Positions 18,565-26,085 of a stretch of 64,000 bases of DNA are shown here, one piece after another; within the stretch, counting starts at the first letter, position 1, and every line of letters starts with the position of its first letter. The notes beneath the pieces are model-generated. The model did no database searches and was not told where the DNA came from. It saw nothing but the letters and a program-made list of their open reading frames with translations. Made by a program: the position numbers and the translations under genes. Source of the stretch: Bacillales bacterium (GTDB lineage Bacteria > Bacillota_I > Bacilli_A > Izemoplasmatales > UBA1188); the NCBI GenBank assembly GCA_020633845.1, contig JACKCW010000001.1, positions 206,250 to 270,249 of the forward strand. Reading direction: 5' to 3'.

Positions 18565-20931
18565 TTATCTAAGACCCCACCAGTTGTTCAAATAAATGAC
18601 TCTTTGATAGACACCTCTTGTATATCTGGCAAAATAGCAGTAGACGATAAAGACTCAATCGCTCAAATTGTATCTGTTGCCTTGGTGTATTTAGGATCTG
18701 TTGTATCTTATTCAGATTCAATTGACGAGTTTAATTTTTCATCTCTAGACTCATACACTGTGTATTCAATTGTAGTTAAATACAAATATGATTTAAATGA
18801 TGGAAATGGATGTGTTACAAAAAACGATTCTTTCCAATATTGTACAAAACCTAAAATTTCTTTTTTAGCTCTGTCTATAAATAATCAAAATAATTATTTT
18901 TTTGATAACGAAACCATAACTTTAAAAATTGAAGTTTCAAACCCAGACTCTGCTCCTTTTATAAGCGCAGTTATAAACGATATATCATATACAAAATCAT
19001 CTGACTCCAGCACTTCTTGTTTTTATATTAAAATTCCTTGCAAAGATATTGGCGAAGGAGTTCAAACATTCGTTTTATCCGAAATCACCGTTGGAAGTTC
19101 ATCGTTCTCTTGCACGTTTAATGTTCAAAATAATGCACTAAATTCAACAACAGCATATATTGGTCCTACAGTAAATGTGGGGGAAATAATTTATACTGGC
19201 AATGACGGCAAAGAGACTGATATATACGATTCAGAATCTCAAATTGTGCTTCAATTTAATAAAGGAAACGGGCTAAACGTTGATTCAGTTAACTTTGATG
19301 TGTCGGCCATAACGCCGGTTACATACAATTATGATAATAACGTAGAATGTACCTCAGAACAAATAATAAAAAATAGCGACGGAAGCATAAATATAATGTT
19401 CCCAGCCTTTGCCACAGGGTGCTTTAGCGTTAACATCAGCTCCATTATTTTAAAAAACGGAGACTTTGAAAGAGCTATATACTATAACAATAGAGTGTTT
19501 ATATATATTGTTTCTGCAGATACGGAGACAATTGAAATAACAAAACCTTCTGATTTACTATTAATGAATGAAGGCAAACATTATGTGCTGATGAACGATA
19601 TTGATCTGTCCGGCATTGAATGGATTCCAAGTGCGTTTGATGGATTTTTTGACGGGCAAGGCTACACAATAAAAAATCTTTCTAATTATAACGACAACAC
19701 GAACTGTCGTTTTGGCCTCTTCAGCACCGGTACTGGAGCAATAAAAAATTTAACAGTAGATGGAATATCAGTATCGCTCACGACTACCGACAATTTCGAC
19801 GGGACTATTCTATATGGGGGTCTGGTTGAATCTTTATATAAAACCGATTGTTGCGGTGCTCCGCTTTTTATTGATCACTGTACAATTGGAAATAATTCAT
19901 TGATTACAATTACGGGCGGAAACGGTTTAATAAGCGTTGGCGGTTTTGTTGGGTCATGCTGTGAATCCGATATTTTGTATCTAACAAATCTAACAAATTA
20001 TTCAACAATTATATATAATAATTTAAATTACACAAACGACAACTCTGCCGTTGCCGGCATTTTGGGTCATGCGGATGCGATGTATAATGATTTTATAAAA
20101 ATAAATCACTGTATTAATTATGGGAAAATTAAAACAGATCTTATTACTGCATCTGGAGTAATTGGATCAATATGTTTAAAAAGCGACACCTTGTATCTGC
20201 CTTTCTCACATCTTTTTAACTATGGCACTATATCAAGCAACAAGTACGCAAGCGGCATAATCGGCTATTCATCTCTTTTGGACTCTATATGCAGTTCCTC
20301 AATCGGCCTAACTAATTGCGGAAACGAGGGAATCATATCGGGCGATATCGCGTCAGGAATAATAAATAATGGCGGCTATGCTTTATCGGTGGATATAAGT
20401 ATCTGCTATAACTCTGCTGCAATTGCTGGGGTATCATCAATGTCAGCCGGACTATGCGGAGGAAGCACGTGCTATAATCTTTATGTTTCTAATTCGGTAA
20501 ATTATGGATACATTTTAGAAGGAAGCGGACTCGCCAGTTCTTCATATAATACAACGATAATGAATTCTATTAATTATGGAATGCTGGCAGGAAATCTGGT
20601 TGGCGGCATTTTAACTGAATGTAATGGATTATCTAAAATAGAAAGCACATTAAATCTAGGTTCGTTTGGTGATTTGGAAGAAACTGATGATGTAATTTTG
20701 GCTGCCTATTATTCTGACAATATAGTCGGCGAAGAAATACAAATTTTAAATTGCTATTATATTTCAAACAATATAAATACAGCTAAAAACCAGTTTGGAG
20801 TTAATTCGTGCTTAATAACCGACATAGACTCAAAAAAATTCTTTACCGATCTTGGCTTTGATGAAACAATTTGGAATTTCAGCAACCTAGATTTTGAAAA
20901 TGGAATGTACGCCGCCTTAGTCATCAAATAA
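18250..20931 (+). CDS. C-terminal part of the split surface protein (repeat modules plus GLUG-motif-like domain); possibly a pseudogene fragment
   Basis: Same reading frame as 16381-17805; the frame is open from 18121. No signal peptide or RBS of its own. The C-terminal third has recurring G(L/F/I)(V/I/C)G motifs (GGLVE, GGFVG, AGILG, SGVIG, SGIIG, AGLCG, GGILT) as in GLUG domains. Confidence 0.6.
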   Translation: MHTETETISSTTLSKIAPTLSVSASDETQTSFNYTVSRTDPDSILSISKIELLHGEDEAVSLDQSTSLVSSLLSNNLYTVKITYTYDLNDGEGVHTETETASSTTLSKTPPVVQINDSLIDTSCISGKIAVDDKDSIAQIVSVALVYLGSVVSYSDSIDEFNFSSLDSYTVYSIVVKYKYDLNDGNGCVTKNDSFQYCTKPKISFLALSINNQNNYFFDNETITLKIEVSNPDSAPFISAVINDISYTKSSDSSTSCFYIKIPCKDIGEGVQTFVLSEITVGSSSFSCTFNVQNNALNSTTAYIGPTVNVGEIIYTGNDGKETDIYDSESQIVLQFNKGNGLNVDSVNFDVSAITPVTYNYDNNVECTSEQIIKNSDGSINIMFPAFATGCFSVNISSIILKNGDFERAIYYNNRVFIYIVSADTETIEITKPSDLLLMNEGKHYVLMNDIDLSGIEWIPSAFDGFFDGQGYTIKNLSNYNDNTNCRFGLFSTGTGAIKNLTVDGISVSLTTTDNFDGTILYGGLVESLYKTDCCGAPLFIDHCTIGNNSLITITGGNGLISVGGFVGSCCESDILYLTNLTNYSTIIYNNLNYTNDNSAVAGILGHADAMYNDFIKINHCINYGKIKTDLITASGVIGSICLKSDTLYLPFSHLFNYGTISSNKYASGIIGYSSLLDSICSSSIGLTNCGNEGIISGDIASGIINNGGYALSVDISICYNSAAIAGVSSMSAGLCGGSTCYNLYVSNSVNYGYILEGSGLASSSYNTTIMNSINYGMLAGNLVGGILTECNGLSKIESTLNLGSFGDLEETDDVILAAYYSDNIVGEEIQILNCYYISNNINTAKNQFGVNSCLITDIDSKKFFTDLGFDETIWNFSNLDFENGMYAALVIK

Positions 20932-21148
20932 AAAATAGTTTTAATTTTTGACATTAAAACTAAATTGATGCAGAAAAAGACATACTTTTCGCTGATAATT
21001 TTGAACAAAAACCAGCAAATGTTTATATCAGCAGACATGAATCAAAACAAAATATATATAAAAACGCAAATAATTGTTTACAAACATTTTAATTTGGAAG
21101 ACAATTAAGTTGTTTTTTGACACATAGTTAGGAGGCGGTTGATACTAC

Positions 21149-21595
21149 ATGGAATGGTTATATGCATTTTTAGGCGCTTTAGTTGGCGCAGTATTTGGTG
21201 GCGTTATCATGTTAATAACGCAAAAAAGCAATTTAAAAAAAGAATACAAAAAGCTTTATGCAGAAACAGTATCAAAAAGCAGAAATGAATGGGCAACGGC
21301 TATGAAAAATTGGATTTCAAAAATTCTTGCCATTGCAAAGATGTCACAGGGATTTGGCACTCAACAAGGCAATACTAATACTGAAGAATATTATAAAAGT
21401 AGAAATCAGATCTTGATTCGTCTAAACTTAAAAGAACCATTGCATGTGGCTCTCAAAGAAGAAATAAAGAAACTAGACGATTGTACAGTAAATAACTATC
21501 AACAAATAGAAGACGAGATTATTTCAATTAGTCAAAAAATGTTTAAAAAAGAATGGGAAAGGGTAAAGGCCGAAGCCGGTGAACAACAATCATGA
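21149..21595 (+). CDS. hypothetical small membrane protein (148 aa)
   Basis: AGGAGG 13 nt upstream. One N-terminal TM helix (WLYAFLGALVGAVFGGVIMLI), then a K/E-rich helical tail. No family recognised. Confidence 0.55.
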   Translation: MEWLYAFLGALVGAVFGGVIMLITQKSNLKKEYKKLYAETVSKSRNEWATAMKNWISKILAIAKMSQGFGTQQGNTNTEEYYKSRNQILIRLNLKEPLHVALKEEIKKLDDCTVNNYQQIEDEIISISQKMFKKEWERVKAEAGEQQS

Positions 21596-21984
21596 GAAAT
21601 ATACTAATTTTATGCATTACACCAATAGACGGATTTTGTTTGGCATTAATAATTTGCACTACGCTTGTAGCATGCTGCATTCTTATATGCTTAACATTTT
21701 TATTTGTAAAAATTCAACAAAACAAAACGAAAAAAGAAGAGAAGTTCTTAGATTACAAAACCCAACTTTTGATTTCCAAAAATATAGAAGAAACTGACAA
21801 AGATTTTTTCTTTTATTATAGCGATGGCACATTAAAAAAGTGCTGTAAAAACATTATTTATAGAAAGATTAAGAAAATTGAGAAACAGCTTAAAAAAGAT
21901 AAGCCAAGCGATTATAAAGATATTTTAAAGCAACTTGAGACAATAACAGACATACTTAATAAATACAGAGGGCTAATTAAATAA
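21592..21984 (+). CDS. hypothetical small Cys-rich membrane protein (130 aa)
   Basis: ATGA start/stop overlap with the previous ORF; GGTGA 9 nt upstream. N-terminal Cys-rich TM segment and a K-rich tail. Confidence 0.5.
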   Translation: MRNILILCITPIDGFCLALIICTTLVACCILICLTFLFVKIQQNKTKKEEKFLDYKTQLLISKNIEETDKDFFFYYSDGTLKKCCKNIIYRKIKKIEKQLKKDKPSDYKDILKQLETITDILNKYRGLIK

Positions 21985-22353
21985 CCCTTTTTTAATCAAT
22001 TCTTCAATTGAACAAGATAACACCCTAGATAAAGCTAAAAGCGCACTAACCTGCGCTTTTCTTATGTCGTTTTCTCCTTGCTCATAAGATTTTATGGATT
22101 TGAGATTTACTCTTGATAGAAGAGAGAGTTCCGATTGACTGAGACCGCTTCTTTCCCTTAATGCTTTAAGATTATTTTCTTTATTTAATCTTGAGCTTAT
22201 TAAATCAATTGTTTTTAAGATATCTGCCTCATGCAGGGATGGATATACTGTATTTAAATCTTTTGGAGGAAAAACATGTACTATGTTTTTAAAAGTCGTA
22301 TCTAGATACCATTGTGAAAAAGCCAGTATTTCTCCATACCAGTATTCTTTTCT
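21973..22353 (-). pseudogene. XRE-family HTH gene remnant without a usable start codon
   Basis: My minus-strand translation gives a 126-codon open frame ending ...NNLKALRERSGLSQSELSLLSRVNLKSIKSYEQGENDIRKAQVSALLALSRVLSCSIEELIKKGLFN*. No in-frame ATG/GTG/TTG before the HTH. Its 5' end runs into the promoter of the DHH gene. Confidence 0.55.
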
Positions 22354-22382
22354 TTACATCTTTTATTAAATGGTGTTATAAT
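22353..22382 (+). promoter_or_regulatory. sigma-A type promoter of the DHH operon
   Basis: TTTACA, 18-nt spacer, TGtTATAAT (extended -10), about 30 nt upstream of the RBS/ATG at 22413. Confidence 0.6.
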
Positions 22383-22412
22383 GTACCCCTCGCCCAAAGG
22401 GGAGTGATAGTT

Positions 22413-23363
22413 ATGTATGAGGAAGCATTAAAATTAATTATAAATTATCAAAAAATTATTGTAATTAGACATAAAACGCCGGATTATGACGCCTATGGCT
22501 CACAGATTGGCTTGGCCTTATCGTTAAGAAACAAATATCCGGAAAAGATAATACTTATGGACGGAGACGAAAACTCCAACAACGTTTTGTCTATTCCAAT
22601 GGATAAAGTGAAAAAAGAAGACTACAAAGATTCATTGGTTATTTTAACCGATCAGTCATCGGTTAAAATGTTAAATGACGAGAACTTTCGTTTAGCCGAT
22701 AAAGTCATTATTATCGATCATCATGAATCGTCTCCGGATTTTGGAGACCTAATCATCATAAAACCTTTATATTCAAGCGCCTCCGAAATGATCACGGAGT
22801 TTTTATCTGAGTCATCAATTGAAATTCCGAAAGAAGCGGCTGATGCTTTATATATCGGCATGGTCGGTGATTCCGCGAGATTCTTATATCGGGGGACATC
22901 TTCAAACACTTTTAAAATGGCCTCGATCTTAATTGATTCTGGCGCCGATATTTTAGAAGACTATAAAAAGATGTCGAAAGATGAAAGCGCAAATCAAAAG
23001 AAATTTAAAGGTTATGTCCTTTCAAACTTTCAAACTTATGATAAAATTGCTTATATAATGATAGACAAAAAGACGAGGGATTCTTTCTCTATTGATACTT
23101 CATACGCATCAAGAGGATCGGTTAATCTGCTGTCTGGGATTGAAGGAATAGACGCATTTGTAGATTTTACTGAAAGCGATGAGGGAGAAATCTATACTGA
23201 AATCAGAAGTAAAGAAATTTCGGTAGTAGATGTAGCTAAAGCTTATGGCGGCGGCGGACACGCCCTGGCCTGCGGCGCCACCTTATCTTCGTTTAAAGAA
23301 GCAGAAGAACTGGTTAAAAAACTAAATGATCATGTTAAAGGAGAAGCGAATGAATTATTATAA
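22413..23363 (+). CDS. DHH/DHHA1 phosphoesterase (NrnA-like), copy 1
   Basis: IIIDHHES (DHH) and YGGGGHALACG (DHHA1 GGGH) motifs. ATG at 22413 after AAAGGGGAG; the ORF-track start at 22314 is an over-extension. Confidence 0.85.
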   Translation: MYEEALKLIINYQKIIVIRHKTPDYDAYGSQIGLALSLRNKYPEKIILMDGDENSNNVLSIPMDKVKKEDYKDSLVILTDQSSVKMLNDENFRLADKVIIIDHHESSPDFGDLIIIKPLYSSASEMITEFLSESSIEIPKEAADALYIGMVGDSARFLYRGTSSNTFKMASILIDSGADILEDYKKMSKDESANQKKFKGYVLSNFQTYDKIAYIMIDKKTRDSFSIDTSYASRGSVNLLSGIEGIDAFVDFTESDEGEIYTEIRSKEISVVDVAKAYGGGGHALACGATLSSFKEAEELVKKLNDHVKGEANELL

Positions 23364-24291
23364 AGCGATATATAAAAAGATTAAAGCTAACGAGAACATT
23401 ATTGTTGTCTCGCACATTAGAGCCGACGGCGACTGCGTAGGCAGTGCCATCGGGTTAAGAGAAATCATTAAAGCCACTTTCCCGAAAAAGAACGTGAAAG
23501 CTCTTCACGAGAATGCTTCTTATCTTTCTTTCCTCGGAAAAAGCGACGAGGCGGAAGATAATGAATTTAAAGACGCTCTCGTGATATCGGTAGACAACTC
23601 GAATATCGCAAGAACCAATGAACCGAGAATTAAAGATGCTAAAGAAATAATTAAGATTGACCATCACCCAAACACCGAACCTTTCGGAAGCGAAATCAAT
23701 TTTGTTGAAGAAGAAAAATGCGCAACGGCGGAAATCATCTTTGATCTATATCTTAATTTCCCAAGAGCCTCTATTACAATGAAAGGACTAGAAGCTTTAT
23801 ATACTGGAATCGTAACCGACTCCGGCCGATTCAAATACCCGGGAGTAGATGGCGGGACTATGGCGAAAGTCGGCATTATGTATGACCTCGGTTTAGATGG
23901 CATCTCTATTTTAAATAAACTGGATGAAGTGGAAGAAAGCGCCTTAAGATTTAAAGGCTTTGTCCTTCTGAACATGGAGAGAAGTGAAGGCGGAATCTTA
24001 TATATTAAAATAAAAACTGCTGATAGAGAGAAATATGGGGTTTCATATGATGATGCCTCTAACATGGTAAATGCGATGGCGGGAATTAAAGATTGTCCTA
24101 TTTGGGTTCTCTTTAATGAAAACAAGCCAGATGAAGTTAGAGCGAGAGTCAGATCAATCGGTATTCCGATTAATGACGTTTGTTTCACCTTCGGGGGCGG
24201 CGGACACGAAAATGCCGGCGGAATTATTTTAAAGAGTTTTGATGAAGCAGACGAAGTAATAAAAGCCCTAGAAGAAAAACTTAAAAAATAA
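23350..24291 (+). CDS. DHH/DHHA1 phosphoesterase (NrnA-like), copy 2
   Basis: SHIRADGDCVGS, KIDHHPN and FGGGGHENAGG motifs. Overlaps the stop of copy 1. Confidence 0.85.
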   Translation: MNYYKAIYKKIKANENIIVVSHIRADGDCVGSAIGLREIIKATFPKKNVKALHENASYLSFLGKSDEAEDNEFKDALVISVDNSNIARTNEPRIKDAKEIIKIDHHPNTEPFGSEINFVEEEKCATAEIIFDLYLNFPRASITMKGLEALYTGIVTDSGRFKYPGVDGGTMAKVGIMYDLGLDGISILNKLDEVEESALRFKGFVLLNMERSEGGILYIKIKTADREKYGVSYDDASNMVNAMAGIKDCPIWVLFNENKPDEVRARVRSIGIPINDVCFTFGGGGHENAGGIILKSFDEADEVIKALEEKLKK

Positions 24292-24334
24292 AATAACATA
24301 AAACAAAAAAGTATTATTGTTTTGAGGTGACAAC

Positions 24335-26002
24335 ATGAAAAAAACAATAGTACTTTTTCTTTTGGCTTTATTCATTTTTCCTTTTTTATCTTTTAAGACG
24401 ACAAGCGCTGAATCAATTAATGATTTATCTTGTGCTAAAGGAGTAAATCTTTTAGATCCAACTAATCTTCTTTATACTGCGTCTTCGTCCGGGTCGGCAA
24501 CAATTCATAATATTTATCTAAATCGGCCGGGAAGCGACATTATTTTTGAAGTGAAAGCCGATTCTACTTATATGACCGATAACCTAGCCGGACGCTGTAT
24601 ATTTTATGATGTTGACTTTAACGAAATATCCAGGTCATCCTTTACTCCTTTTACCGCTCTAACGGAGAGTTTTGAAGGAGTGAATTATTATTACTTTGTT
24701 TTTGAATCGCCTAGTTCAGCCTTTTCCTTTTCTTTTGGTTTCGGCGGTTTTAGTCAGTCATATATTGATGATGGTTATCCGGATGTAATGTTGGCCTATT
24801 CTTCAGAACTACTCCCGTTAGAAGATTTTGTCGCATCAGATGGCATCTTTAACTTGTCAGATGAGACACCAACCAGAATATCGACAAGCTATTCTCTTCC
24901 TCTTGATGAAGCTGATTTAAGAGAGTTGGTTAGTGCCTCTGACGGGTATGATGGTTCCTTAAATTCGGCAATTGTGATGGATGCCTCAAACTATCTAAAT
25001 AATTCTTCCACTATTGGTTCTTATGAGGTGACTTTAAGTGTTACTGACAGCTCGGGAAATGTCGTCAGCGGGCATTTTTATGTCGATGTATATGATAATG
25101 ATGCACCGATAATAGAAGGCTCTGAGACGCTTTCTTTTCCAGTCAACACTGTTTTAACTGATGAAGATATAATATCTCACTATACCGCCTCTGATGCTTA
25201 TGACGGTGACCTATCGAGCTCAATTATTATCACAACTGCTTATCAAAATATGTCATCCATCATTTCTTCGGAAAGCCTAACTTTAAAAGTGTCTGATTCA
25301 TCTGATAATTATATCGAGAAGACAATAACCTTATCTTTTTATGATAATGTTGCTCCGGTATTTGATGCGATAGAAAGTCTATCTTTTTCTTATCAGGTAG
25401 AAAAGACGGTTTCTGAGATTATGAGCGAATATATAAAGGCAACCGACAATATTGATAGTTCGCCGGTTATAACTATCACAAGTGACACTTACACCGGAAA
25501 CGAAAGAAAAATCGGCTCATATACCATCACTTTTGAAGCGAAAGACGATTCTCTTAATTCGTCTTCTTTTACGATTAATATCAATATATACGACGATATC
25601 AAGCCCGTCATCTATTTAGATAAAAACTTGGTTGAAACTCTATCCAGTATCGAACTTTCAAGTGAAGACTTCACCGATATTCTTTATCAATCAGAAGAAC
25701 TTAAAAAGGGAGTAAGTTATGATATAGAAGTTTTAAGTGATACTTATTCATCTCATAAAAACGAAAAAGGAACCTATACTTATAAAGTAAAATATACCTC
25801 AAAAGAAGGAGATGTGTTAATTAAATCCTTTGTGGTAAAAGTTACGGATGCATCTTATAAAGTAAACGCCGAGGCCAAGAAGGAAATATCGCTTTCTCCT
25901 CTTGAAATCAGCCTTATTTCTGTTTCCTCCGCTCTCTTTATATCTTTATCTACCATCTCCTTTTTGTGGCTCAAAAAGAGGAGAAAGATAAGCGATATTT
26001 AG
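24335..26002 (+). CDS. surface protein with repeated Ig-like (DUF5011-type) domains and C-terminal membrane anchor
   Basis: Signal peptide. At least three ~85-aa repeats containing SDGYDGSL / SDAYDGDL / TDNIDSSP and V(Y)D(N)xAP motifs. C-terminal TM helix plus KKRRK; no LPXTG. Confidence 0.75.
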   Translation: MKKTIVLFLLALFIFPFLSFKTTSAESINDLSCAKGVNLLDPTNLLYTASSSGSATIHNIYLNRPGSDIIFEVKADSTYMTDNLAGRCIFYDVDFNEISRSSFTPFTALTESFEGVNYYYFVFESPSSAFSFSFGFGGFSQSYIDDGYPDVMLAYSSELLPLEDFVASDGIFNLSDETPTRISTSYSLPLDEADLRELVSASDGYDGSLNSAIVMDASNYLNNSSTIGSYEVTLSVTDSSGNVVSGHFYVDVYDNDAPIIEGSETLSFPVNTVLTDEDIISHYTASDAYDGDLSSSIIITTAYQNMSSIISSESLTLKVSDSSDNYIEKTITLSFYDNVAPVFDAIESLSFSYQVEKTVSEIMSEYIKATDNIDSSPVITITSDTYTGNERKIGSYTITFEAKDDSLNSSSFTININIYDDIKPVIYLDKNLVETLSSIELSSEDFTDILYQSEELKKGVSYDIEVLSDTYSSHKNEKGTYTYKVKYTSKEGDVLIKSFVVKVTDASYKVNAEAKKEISLSPLEISLISVSSALFISLSTISFLWLKKRRKISDI

Positions 26003-26017
26003 CCTTCTTTTAAGTTA

Positions 26018-26046
26018 TTGCATTAGATATTTCATTATGTTATAAT
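26018..26046 (+). promoter_or_regulatory. sigma-A type promoter of the EF-G-like gene
   Basis: TTGCAT, 17-nt spacer, TGtTATAAT. Confidence 0.6.
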
Positions 26047-26085
26047 TCCAAGTGGTAAATATTTTTTTAAATAAAAGGGGCATAT

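Noticed and set aside
20968-21114. 48-codon ORF (MQKKTYFSLIILNK...) in the spacer after the surface-protein gene
   Set aside because: It has no RBS and its composition is typical of AT-rich non-coding DNA, so it cannot be supported.
23664-24347. 227-aa minus-strand ORF, and similar long antisense ORFs (e.g. 8132-8467, 32457-32861, 39484-39831, 46646-46990, 48323-48661, 52689-52964)
   Set aside because: All lie antisense to genes with clear conserved motifs, have low-complexity S/L/F/I-rich translations and lack an RBS. These are typical shadow ORFs in AT-rich DNA.
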